This document shows, piece after piece, positions 26,343 to 38,700 of a DNA stretch of 64,000 nucleotides. The position numbers were made by a program, and so were the translations under genes. This DNA comes from Phoronis australis (Eukaryota; Animalia; Phoronida), in the NCBI GenBank assembly GCA_002633005.1, contig NMRA01000119.1:564578-628577 (forward strand), written 5' to 3'. The notes under the pieces are model-generated. The model did not search any database. It worked only from the letters and a program-made list of their open reading frames with translations, and had not been told where the DNA came from. The number at the start of each line of letters is the position of its first letter. Position 1 is the stretch's first letter.

Positions 26343-28114
26343 AATATCACTTAAGACTTATCTACATTTGGCGACTTTTCTGACAATCATGTGGCAGCTC
26401 AGTCCCAGAAACGTCGGGGTAATTTTTCAGCGTGTATTTTCTTTTATATCAAGTAGCATACTTTGGTACTGGAATGCACGCGTAGGTTAGAGCGCTGACT
26501 TAACTTTCGGGTCAGCAACTAAGGTGCTCAGCTGTGAGGCGGCCTATGAAGTTTCGAAATCGCACGTCATTCAAGTTTTTCAATTATTTTGTTACAAAAT
26601 AGAACATCACCGATATTTCGGGTACCAACTTCGTTTACCGGGGGAGCCCTCAGTGTTGTTTTCGCAAAAACACCTTTCAATCAGTGTGACCTTTCGTCTA
26701 GACGAATCACATAAAGTTTGACATCCACTGGATCGGTTCGAGCGCACTCCGTCGATGTTTTTTACAGCTGGGGCACCGAAACGCGGACCAAATTTAACTT
26801 TAAATTCTATATAAAAAAACGCGGAAGAGAAAATGTACTCATTTGGACTCAACAAATGACTTGGGAACGATAGAGTGCAGCTGTGTTTTGAAAATACGCT
26901 CGCCAGTCATTTCTACTCGTCCAGCACCGTTTTTGTCTCATTGGCGACTGGGCGAGTGGTTAAGTATAAAACGCAAAGGTGAAATACTCACCGCAACACG
27001 CAAAACATCCAGATTGCGTTGTTTTTGTCGAACGGCCGAGAATACCAGTCCCCGAAGCGCCTGGTATTTAGTCGAACAGGAAATAGGACGATGTCACATG
27101 GGAAATCACCAAAGTATGTACTAATACGTCAGTTTCGTGGTGTGTCAAAAAGCAGGACATTTTGATAATGTAGGGGGATGATCGGAAAAAATTAAAGCGG
27201 GACAGACCTGCTGAGAGAGGGACTGATGGCTTGATGTTAGTAACAAAAAATATTGGACTGGATTCTCTTATAAGGCAAACATTTCGTTTTTTAAACTTTT
27301 ATTTCCCTAGTAAAGAAAACAGTATAAGCAATAAATACGATAATAACATATTCGTACATAAACGCATACTCATACATTCATACGTAAAGACAAGATCTCT
27401 ATTTAGAGAGTTGGAAAGAACTGAAATTAAACTAGTAAAAACAGATCAAAGTCGTATCCTCAATGAAACATGTATACGAGAAAGATTACTGCCAAATTAT
27501 TATTATTGCTGAACAGAGTCCGTGTGAAACCAATTACGTCATTGGATAATTTCAAAACCTCCGTCTGCCGTCAGGTGTCAGATAACACAACCGAACGTGC
27601 CGTTATCGAGTAGAACTACTCGATCTAAATTGATAAAAATATGTTGTTCTTGGGTGGCATTCTCCTTTAATAATGCCACTTCTAAACTGACCAAGGAACA
27701 AGACAAGACTAATTCTATAACGGGAAGTGTCCGAAATCGAAACTCGTTTTGACAGGAAGCATGGCTTTGGTGGTGCACAGTAAACAGGATACCAAGCCCG
27801 GTTTTGACCCTTCGTAACAATTCTCAAAAGTTTGAGGAAAACTTGAAAATCCTTTCAAAGCCTGCCAAACGGGCAAGGGTGACCTACGCTTTTAGCGAAT
27901 TACATGGCAACTGTGGGAAAAGATCACCCACCAAGGACCATATTGTCCAATTTGTGATACAGGGGTTATGAGTTTTTAGTTGAATCCTCCTTTCATCTTT
28001 CAAGAATGACGTCAATGGTGCGTAAGCAGGTAGCAGAACGATGATTGGTTGAAATCATCAAAACGGAGTTTAGTATCCTTTTTAGTTATAGGCTACCTGG
28101 GATGAATACTACAT

Positions 28115-29575
28115 GTAAATATAGGTTATCCCACATACATAAGAATAGTACTGCCATATCCTACCGAGAACTCATTTCATCTGGGAATGTCCGAGAACCA
28201 ACGAGACCCATTGTTTACAGTATGACAATATTGACCAACACACATGATTTTAATATCGTTCTATTACTCGCAACGCAATCTTTCCAAAAATGTCCACTGC
28301 TCCGTCTCTTTAGTATTTAATCGTCAAACTTACGCTCGCACTGTTTCTCGATAGTGATATCGCCATGTTGATTGGAAGGATCAGTTGTCTGGCGGTCAAA
28401 AACTGAACTAATATAGGTACACCCTTATTCTGCAAAGCGTCGCTATTCATAAGTTCAAACTGAGTCCGAGACCCGTCGATCCCGGGCCGGAGCTACGGTC
28501 CCAGGGTTTCAAATTCCTACGATGACCTTGGTACGCATCTGCTAACAAGAATCCGCGAAAAGGATTGTTTTCGAAGGGTATTACTTCAGAGAATATCGTG
28601 GAAAAGTGATCAAATAATGACGATTCTAAAAATATTTGGAAAAAGGTGAAAGGCTGCCCCTTGTTGCCCCATGGTATCCCAGGAAAACGTTAGGGGGGAA
28701 TCTCGCAGGAGAACGCCATTCAGAATCGATGATGTTGTTTCGTTCATTAGCAACAGGTGTCGTTGTAATCTTGAGTTGAGCGAACATGACAGTGTCAACC
28801 GGGAAATAGTGCAATCAGAAATTTGACTATAAAATAGTGAGGAAACGCTGCAGGGGACACGTTCATATATAGGCGAAATCGAACGATACCAAAATCATGT
28901 GTGAAACTCATTGTGGTCATATTGTAAACAATACCGAAATATTTCCGGCGTGTTGATCACAGCACTGGAAAATAACGGTGAAAACTGCATTTGCAGAACT
29001 TGAGGTATAGGATTGTATCGCAAAGAGCAGATTTTACGCTACCAGCGAGGGAGAGTCGAGGAACGCTGCGAACAAACCATTTTGTGCAAGTAAAAACACA
29101 TTCTCGACATCAGGTCGCAATTTCCTGTAAATATCTTAATTAGTTCTCAGTGAACTTGAGATACACTGCATGCATCCATAACAAAACGTGTTGTTTGATT
29201 TGAATTACATTTTGTTGGAGATGCTACTTGCCAGGCAATTAACCCATTATGACCGGCCCAGATTAAAACTAGCGAGTCCTAAAAATAGCCGCCTGATCAC
29301 TGTGCGTCGGAATTTTCACCGGAGAAAGTTTATAGTTGGTCTCATTGGGACATTCCGATTGTGAATTCTCATGGGCGGCGCACCATAGGGGGCTGGGGGG
29401 ATATAGCCAGCCCATTTTTTTCAGTGCCGTGCCGCCCCTGATCTAGGGGCGGTGCACCACAGAGGGGGTTGGGGGCTATAGCCCCACGTTTTTCAGTGCT
29501 GTCACGGTGCTGCCCATGATTAGCGATAAGATATGGCAGTAATATACCTATGTATGTTGGGTAACCTAAATCTAC
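28115..29575. mobile_element. ~1.5-kb element with ~95-bp imperfect inverted arms; the right arm is split by a MITE (29370-29518)
   Basis: 28115-28209 (gtaaatataggttatcccacatacataagaatagtactgccatatc...ggaatgtcc...gagacc) is the reverse complement of 29338-29369 + 29519-29575. Confidence 0.65.
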
Positions 29576-29588
29576 CGCATGACTAGAT

Positions 29589-29739
29589 TTACGTTTTTGT
29601 TACCACCTTTACTGTCGTTGTTTGTGAAGGTTCACTGATGTCAAACACCATCCACACAAACAATTTCTTTTTCTCGAATTTCACCAGTTTTTGTTGTAGT
29701 GTACTAAGACCACCGCTTAACTCTGACATATACTTGAAC
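29589..29739 (-). CDS. B4GALT-like terminal coding exon 6
   Basis: ttttccag acceptor; (R)FKYMSELSGGLSTLQQKLVKFEKKKLFVWMVFDISEPSQTTTVKVVTKT-stop. Resembles the GT7 C-terminus (DGLNSL...LYT.I.VDI). Confidence 0.85.
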
Positions 29740-32700
29740 CTGGAAAAATACATTTAAATGGCTAGATGTAGGTATCATTGTTGATGTATGTTTATTTATC
29801 CCATACGCGTTGAATCTGTCGAGGGAAATACGGCCATGCAATAAAGTTTTCCGTATTCACCTTCCGCACTACTTCAAGAATGACCTCTGACATGGAAAGT
29901 TCAAAAGATAGGTCAATGTGGACTCGACGTCATTAGCCGGTTCGATCACCAAACTTTCGGAAAGTAGTTTAAAGTAATGCAAATATAGCAGTGTCAATAA
30001 CGCTCAACATACAATCAGGTCTCAATCGTAACATCTGGAACAGGACTGTTGATTATATGACAGTTCTGGCTCAGTTTTCATTTGCTAAATATTTTATCGT
30101 CTGCAACTCAGGTGCTGATTCCTCGATAACTACAATATAAAATATTGTTGTCATTTACTATTTTCAGGAGATGGTTCAATGAAAAGTTACCCTTGTAATA
30201 AATTGCTGCATTTAAAACTGTTTCTTTTACTAGAGAAAACTTGCAAGCTAACGCTCATGTACATACATATAGGATGTGATCAGCCACGTGAACAGTCTGA
30301 GTGAAGTATTTAAAAAATCTGCGGAAAAAATGAAAGAAACTTAGGAATTCGAAGCGTATGGGATAAATACAAAACGTACCTCGATTGGCGTACATGAATT
30401 AATATCCCACGAGACATTATTCCGCGTATCGACCGAGACCGATACGCGGAATAATGTCGTGTGATATTACTTCATGTACGCCACCCTCGGAAAGTTTTGT
30501 GTATGCACATTGTATACTAGACTTATAGAAGGAATGGTAGGCGTATCTGTTGTTTAGTAAGCAGTAATGACATGTGCCAACCGCTGTTAGGAATGGTCCT
30601 GCAAAAAAGTTCGGCCGGGACTGAGTTCCGTAGACGTAAGATACTCACAAGAAAACTTAGTGAGATATTGTGCTTAGATTAGTATCATATAGCAGAGGCT
30701 AGACGGCTCTGGAGCCTGGAACTATGAAACGCCAAAGGGTTCTTAAACGAGTTTCCTACGAGTTGGAATGTGCTTAATCTATACGTAATTTTGCTTAATC
30801 TACTTGTACTCTTGCTTAAATTACGCGTGTTTTTGCTTAATATACGCGTACTTTTAATTTACGTGTACATTTGCTTAATCTACACGTACTTTTAATCAGT
30901 TCATATAGTTCAATCACGCCCGTGCTCTCAAATTAAATTAAGAGCAGAAAGATGATCGTTTAAGAACTAAACGTACGTGTAGATTAAGTAAAAGTACACG
31001 TTGATTAAGCACATTTCTACGCGCAGAAAGATACTCGTTTAAGATCCCTTTGGCGCTTCATGTGGAACGAGGCTACCATGTACTTCACCTGCAATGCAAG
31101 CAGATGTCTCGCGAAGACCTGAGTGATTTTTTGTTTTCACGAATTTCTTGCGTCTACGGAGCGTANGACATTATTCCGCGTATCGACCGAGACCGATACG
31201 CGGAATAATGTCGTGTGATATTACTTCATGTACGCCACCCTCGGAAAGTTTTGTGTATGCACATTGTATACTAGACTTATAGAAGGAATGGTAGGCGTAT
31301 CTGTTGTTTAGTAAGCAGTAATGACATGTGCCAACCGCTGTTAGGAATGGTCCTGCAAAAAAGTTCGGCCGGGACTGAGTTCCGTAGACGTAAGATACTC
31401 ACAAGAAAACTTAGTGAGATAATGTGCTTAGATTAGTACCATATAGCAGAGGCTAGACGGCTATGACCTATTCTGACGCTTGGTCATAGAAATGACGTCA
31501 AGGGCAGAGTTTGTTCCCTCATCGCTATGATTCTCTTTTACTTTTAGTCCTACGTTGACGTCAGCTTGTTAACGGCTACACATTAATTTCGGTGTTCGGG
31601 TATACTGCGCTATTGCTTGAGGTTCGTAAAGGCGCACCACCGATGCGACACCTATCAGACCATTTCACTCACGAGACTTTCCAAACAAGTATGTCAACTT
31701 GACTGTATTTTCTGCGCTCTGGAGCTTGGAACTATGAAACGCTAAAGGGTTCTTAAACGAGTTTCCTACGAGTTGGAATGTGCTTAATTTATACGTAATT
31801 TTGCTTAATCTACTTGTACTCTTGCTTAAATTACGCGTGTTTTTGCTTAATATACGCGTACTTTTAATCTACGTGTACTTTTGCTTAATCTACACGTACT
31901 TTTAATCAGTTCATATAGTTCAATCACGCCCGTGCTCTCAAATTAAATTAAGAGCAGAAAGATGATCGTTTAAGAACTAAACGTACGTGTAGATTAAGTA
32001 AAAGTACACGTAGATTAAGCACATTTCTACGCGCAGAAAGATACTCGTTTAAGATCCCTTTGGCGCTTCATGTGGAACGAGGCTACCATGTACTTCACCT
32101 ACAATGCAAGCAGATGTCTCGCGAAGATCTGAGTGATTTTTTGTTTTCACGAATTTCTTGCGTCTACGGAGCGTAGCTCGGACATTTATTAGTCCTCGCA
32201 CGATTATGACGACATCTAATAATTGTAGCCAACAATCCACCGGTAAGGCTTTCTCAGGAGATTAAAGAAGTGTACCACGTTTTCGTGTCTATGAAAAAAC
32301 ATTATTCAAAATCTTGGAGCGAAATAAGCCACCAGAAGCATTATTCTCGTGAAGCTGAGCAAACAACGAGCGCAACCACAGTAGAACACGTGCCTTAAAG
32401 ATGCTATGTCTCATTAAAACCGTGAATATTCAAATTTATTAGCAAGCGCCACCCAGCGACTGCCTGGAGAACTGTGTGTACAAGCATAACCAGGAAAAGA
32501 AACAATTTTTAAATAAACTGCGGTTTTAAAGAAAACGCATCAACCGATACACTTAAAACATATAAAAAATCCTAGTAATTCCAAATATTACATAATCTTT
32601 ATTTGATAGTTAAATAAACAAATAATGAAAACACTCTCTGAATGGTTGCCTTAAGTGATTTTTGGAACAATAATGTGGGAAGTTTCATGATTTTTCACAT

Positions 32701-35700
32701 GGAACTACTCTGTATATGGGTAGGTATCCTAATTCTCCTGTGGCACTCTGCATTCACAAAGATATCCTTAAAGGGGACTGGAACTCAATAAAAATACTAA
32801 ATTTCAATATTGAAAGTGGTTCCCTGAATTCAGGCTGGTTTTGTTCCTAAAGATTTTTAATTTCTGTTGATATCAAAGCATTTTCTGTTAGTTTCAAATT
32901 TCAAAAAACCATCTGTCAGCTGCTCGCCACGTCGTCAATTTTCCCACAAGGCAAAGCAAGTCTCCTTATTTGGTATGGCAAGACATAGGCGTTGCATATT
33001 TCCGTGATATGGAAATTGTGACCTTTGACCTCAAGCAACCGACTGTGAGCGCATGTGCGCATTTATCATACGTGGGAGTGAGATTAGAAACTCTATGGCA
33101 AGACATAGGCGTTGCATATTTCCGATATGGATATTGTGACCTCTGATCTTAAGCAACCGACTGCGAGCGCATGTGCACATTTATCATAAGTGGGAGTGAG
33201 ATTAGAAACTCTGTGGTAACCACAGAGTTTTTCGTTCGCGCGTATTTCAAAAATCGTGATTTTTTATTTTTTCTGGAAATTTCCTCACAGGGGAAAGTGA
33301 ATTACTCTCTACAAAACGTTGTGAGACGATACTTCCGGCAGAAATACTTTAAGAGATATATTTGACGAGCTTTCGCGTTCCATGCCTCTTTAAAATTACT
33401 CTATATTCAAGTCCCTACAAGATCTCAGTAGTGTGTACAGAAGGTGAAGGCCATCGACAATTGAAGAATGGCTGCTCCGCTGACACTCCTCACGAGTCAC
33501 GGTGACCACAGCAAAAACATTCGTTATGTAATTTCATTTTGCTGTCACTTTGGACAATATTTAGCATCATGTCATTTTGCGTCCCTGGTGGGGCAAATTC
33601 TAGGTATTTGCACACACTTCTCGTCCACATTTATTAAGACGACAGGAAATCCCTTGGAAACCCCCAACAGCCTTGTAGTCACCCTAATGAAGCAAGGCAC
33701 AGTTTTTATTATTTGTTTATTTCGGTATCGAATAGCGATTGTGTAATATTTGGAACGCATGCAGATCTTACCTGATATTTGTTATGGGGTTGTCTTTGTC
33801 GTGTTCATGCTTAACCATGTGGTACTTTGCCAATGTGAGTGGAAGAGTAATCAGTTTTATGTCCTTTTTTAGTACCCTGAAATCAAACAATAACGTTAAG
33901 ATTACAAACGCACTGTTCTCCAAAACAAGGTTAGAGATTATAGGCCACTGGTATTGATGGAGTTACTTTTGAAATGTTAAAATGTACCAAAACATTCATT
34001 TTGCCGATTCTGCATAAGTTGTTTAATGTAATTTTCCAGTCGGGTTTTTGAAGCCCAAGCAGAGTTCCGCAAGGGTTACACGACTGTGAATCATATTATT
34101 TTCTTTGTATGCGATATGTCAGAAACACATAAGTAAAAATGTGGCAGGTTCTATTGTGCATTTATTGGCTTTTCAAAAGCTTTTGATCGAGTACCACATA
34201 ATTTACTTTTTCATAGACTTGCAAATTCATGTTCATGGTAATATGTTATCAATTCTGCGATCAATGTATAGCAAGTTGAGATCATGTGTTAAAACACGTG
34301 ATGGTTTAATAGACTTATTTAATTGCACTATTGGTACTCTTCAAGGCTGTATAATAAGCCCTCTGCTATTTGTTTTGTATCTCAATGAGTTTTTAGAAAA
34401 ACTCAATTCACGTAGTGAAATAAATAGCATCTACTTAGATGAGCATGCTACAAATATTAATTCACTATTATATGCAGATGACATGGTTTTTGTGCTCTCT
34501 AACATTGTCTAACTTGCAACGTATGTTGAATTGTCTCAATAATTATTGTGATTTCTGGGGTATGACTGAATTTAAAGAAAACCAAAATAATTGTATTTAG
34601 AAATGGCAGTCCGTTACGACACTGTGAGAAATGTTTTTTTAACTAACAGCAAGCTGATGCTGTATCTCATTATAAATATCTTGGTGTTTTTATCACACCT
34701 AAATTGTCATGGTCGAAAGCCACAAAAGCCTCTCTTGTCAAGCAAATAAAGCTGTATCATCTGTTTTGAAACTACAGCGCAAATGTCGCGATATGTCCCC
34801 ATCACTTGTCTTTCAGTTATTTGATAAACTGGTGTATCCAACATTGTGTTATGGTGCCGAGATTTGGGGTTTTAAAGATTACGAGTGTTTAGAAAAAATT
34901 CATATAAAAGTTTGTAAATAGGCCCTGGGACTTGGCAGTTCTTGTTCTAACGCAGCAGCATTGGGTGAATGTGGCAGATACCCTATGTTCACGAGATACT
35001 TTGTTAGCTGCATTTAAACCGGTTTAAAATTTTGAATATACCACAAGAACGTTATCCAAGGGCCGCTTACAACATGTTGCTCAGACTAGATGAAAATGCT
35101 AGACATATGTATAATTGGGCAAGCTCAGTCCGCAATTTATTGTCAATGTATGGTTTCTATGATGTTTGGGTAAACCAAGGAGTCGCGTGTCAAGAGTCGT
35201 TTGTAAATATTTTATCACAACGTGTTAAGAACTGTGCTTTGCAAAAGTGGCAGTCCGATGTTGGTTCCAATTCTAAGTTAAACTATTACAAAATTTTAAG
35301 GTTGTATTTGAACATGAAAACTATTTAGAAATTGATAATCTTCGAAGAGTGTTCGTGCAATCTTTTACACGTTTTCGATGTGCAAACCAGACTGGCAGTA
35401 GAAACGTAAATGTGATATATTAAGACAGAGTGGAAATATTATGCTCGAGGAATTGTGTCGAGGATGAATACCACTTTTTGTTAGTTTGCGACGCTTTTTC
35501 CGAAATCAGAGCTAAGTTTCTAAGCGAGAGCCTCTGAGCAAGTCCCTCTTTGCTTAAAGTTCATAGACTGTTATGTAATCCCGATACATCAGTCGTGAAA
35601 TATGTATACTACGCATCTAAAAAACGGAACAGCTTGTGTATTGCTGATTAGTGTGCATAGCACTCCAATGATCTTGTTTGTTTGTTTGTTGTACTTTGGA

Positions 35701-38700
35701 CCGATGGCCATGTGAACAAATCAATAAAGGAAAGAAGTTAGAGATTATTTTTTGAATATTTCACTTACATGTATGTATGAAGTATTGTCAAAATGGAATT
35801 TTTATGTTTTAAGTGTAGGAGTGACATAAACGAAAACGAGTACTTAAAAGCAACGCAAAGCGGTTGTGTGCATTCAACAGTGCATGACAAACACTATATT
35901 TCTAGGGCTGCTTTCTAGTTTCGTGATAGGTATAATGACACAGCCAGTTGACCACAATGGATAGCTGCAATAGTCAAAATTGGCAGAAAAGCGTTGGATC
36001 CCTACCGCTTAAACTAACATCAAATAAAAAAGTTAAAAAGGTACATAGAAGTAAACGTACCACAACGGCATTGAACACTCAAAAGTTGTAGAGTGTACTA
36101 TATTTCTTTTAACTATAAATGTGAGATTTTGGAAATACAAAGAAAGACAAAGTGGCATAATTATAGGGCGCAGCACTTGATGAGATTATCTACAAAACAG
36201 AAGGGTCCCTGGGGGTGCTTCTGAGTCGAATTCGCCTGAAAATCGGCTGGTGCTGGCGCATTGCCGCCACGTACTTCTGTGTCAAGTTTCACTGAAATCC
36301 GTCGATCGGTTCTCTCGATATCCAGAAAAGGTCTTCCTAAAAATACTGAAAAATCCCCTGTCCATTACAAAATGGCCACTAGGTGGTGCTGCAGAAATCG
36401 ACATCGAAATTCGATTGTGCCCGCCCAATAAATTGTTGCCAAACACCATGGTTTCAAGTTAAATTTTACAATATATTCACGGGCAGACTGACAAGTGGCA
36501 TGTACCAACATACACTTTTGTACAGAATATACTAAAAATCTGAACATTTGTTTTTGAGATATCCAGTGGACAAAAAGACAACTGGACAAAATGGTCACTA
36601 GGGAGCGCTGCAGTGTTTGAATTTGTCAGAAAATTGACCTGTGCTGACGTATTGCATCAAATACCTCTGTGTCAAGTATCATTCAAATATGTTAATTATC
36701 TCTATATTTATCGTCTGGAATGGCTTTTCCCAAAAGGTACCAAAAAACCTTGGTTAAAATCAAAATAACCATTTGTGTCGGCGCATTGTCACATACCTTC
36801 ATGTCACATTTCATTGAAATCCGTCTATCAGACTATTATCCGCCAGTCTGATGATACTCGTCTCAATGTTCCTAGACTCATCTGCTATGTCCCCTCAATT
36901 GGGTGTCCCCTAAAACAAATGTTCCTCAAATCTGGTCACCCTTCTACCTGTTAATTCAATTTGTGTACGACGTCTTGGTGTGCATGAGCCCACATATGCA
37001 AAAAACGACACCTTCGGGAACAGGGGTTAGGGCGTTGGGGACATTTTTCAATAAAATGGTGGAGTACGTGTTTGACTGGGAGGGGAAGCTTTTTAGCAAT
37101 GAACTGGAGTGCCGTGCAGTGGCTGTGCTAATATTATTAATCACCAATGAAAGGCATCTTCTTTCGTGTTTAGCACAATTCGGCTGTAAGATGAGGTGGT
37201 GGAATCATAACTAGACTAAAGGAGTTTGAGAAGGCAGACACTGTTCAAGTTTGTTTGTAGATCTCGAATTTTTGTCGTACATCAATTGATTCTCACGGGT
37301 AGATGCTTGTTTAAGAAAAAAACATGAAAAACTAAGGCCAGAACACATTCCATTGGCGAATGTAAGATTTTTCAGCAGAATTTCACAGACGATTATGAAG
37401 AGCACATATAGGCACCGAGATACCCCGCCATGGAACCCTAAAGGGGGTAACAAAACATTTTCTGAATAAAATAGAAAAAATACCTAGCTTCTAAAAACTG
37501 AATTGAAAATTATTTTTGTTTATTTAAAACGATATTACGCCCGGTTTCGGCCAATTCACAGATATTAACAGTGACTGTCCCATCCAGCTCTCTAAAACTA
37601 AATAATGATCTGTAACCCTCTTGAACCCTCAAAAGTTATATGAGTAAATCTAAACATTTCTTAGCAAGTCTGCTAAACCGGCAAGCGTTACCTAAGCCAC
37701 AGGCGAGTTGCGCGATAGCAGTGGGGAACTAGGCCACCAACCAAAAACCATAACATCCATTCTGTGAGTGGGAATGCTTTCTAGTTGATTCCTGCTTGCA
37801 TGACTCTTGAAATGAGACGCCAATGGAGAATTAGCAGGGTACAAAATGAGGAATTGTTGAAATCGCTATACAGGGTTTGTATCTCTTTAATGGTCACATT
37901 TTGTGTATTTTTTATTTTGAAGAAGTTATTGACAGCATTTACCCAAATCTTTGCAAGCTTTAGAACTATAAATGGATGTTCAAAGAGCATTAAATACACT
38001 TTTCTGGAGGAGTATTTATCTATAAATCAGTTTTAAGTCAAATTATTAACGACCATTGACTGAACAACTGAACGTTTGCCGTGGTATGGTCGCAGAATGA
38101 AAGGACTGGACCTACAGTCCACGGCCTATCGCAGCAAACTCGCCTTTAGGAACGAAGCCCTGGGCTCACGCATAGTTCTACCGAAGTAAATGGGATGCAA
38201 AAATAAAAGATCAATGATATGTACATTTGACAAAAGAAAAACTTAAGTTCTGAATGACCATGAAGTGATAAGTTTGGATTGATGGGACGCTGAAACAAGA
38301 GAAAGAATATCTTTAAAGGTTAAAAGATTACCTTCTGTAGATGTTGTCATCCTCACCACCCCAACCCCAGAATAAGTTACTGTGTCCGTCGATCTTTTCA
38401 TAGACTTCAGGGGTGAACACACTTACACCACCAATAAACTTGTCCCAAAATTGTCTGAAACAAACGCTTCCCATCAGAATAAGAGAGATCATTTCTACCA
38501 TAAGTTATCGGTGAATAGATAAAATAAGTCGGTATGAAATATACCTAATGCGCCGACTTCTTACTTGTAATTTGCTTTGTCTATGGCCGTTCCTTGATAG
38601 CGTACTGTGCTCGGACATGTGTAGAGTATTCTCTCGTCCTCAGGTATGAGATCTACGTCATGGAAAAAGTAGCAGCTGAAATTGCCTAGTTTCTTTGCTT

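Noticed and set aside
30770-30900. Array of ~21-bp repeats resembling CRISPR
   Set aside because: No unique spacers, eukaryotic context, and it lies inside MITE TIRs.
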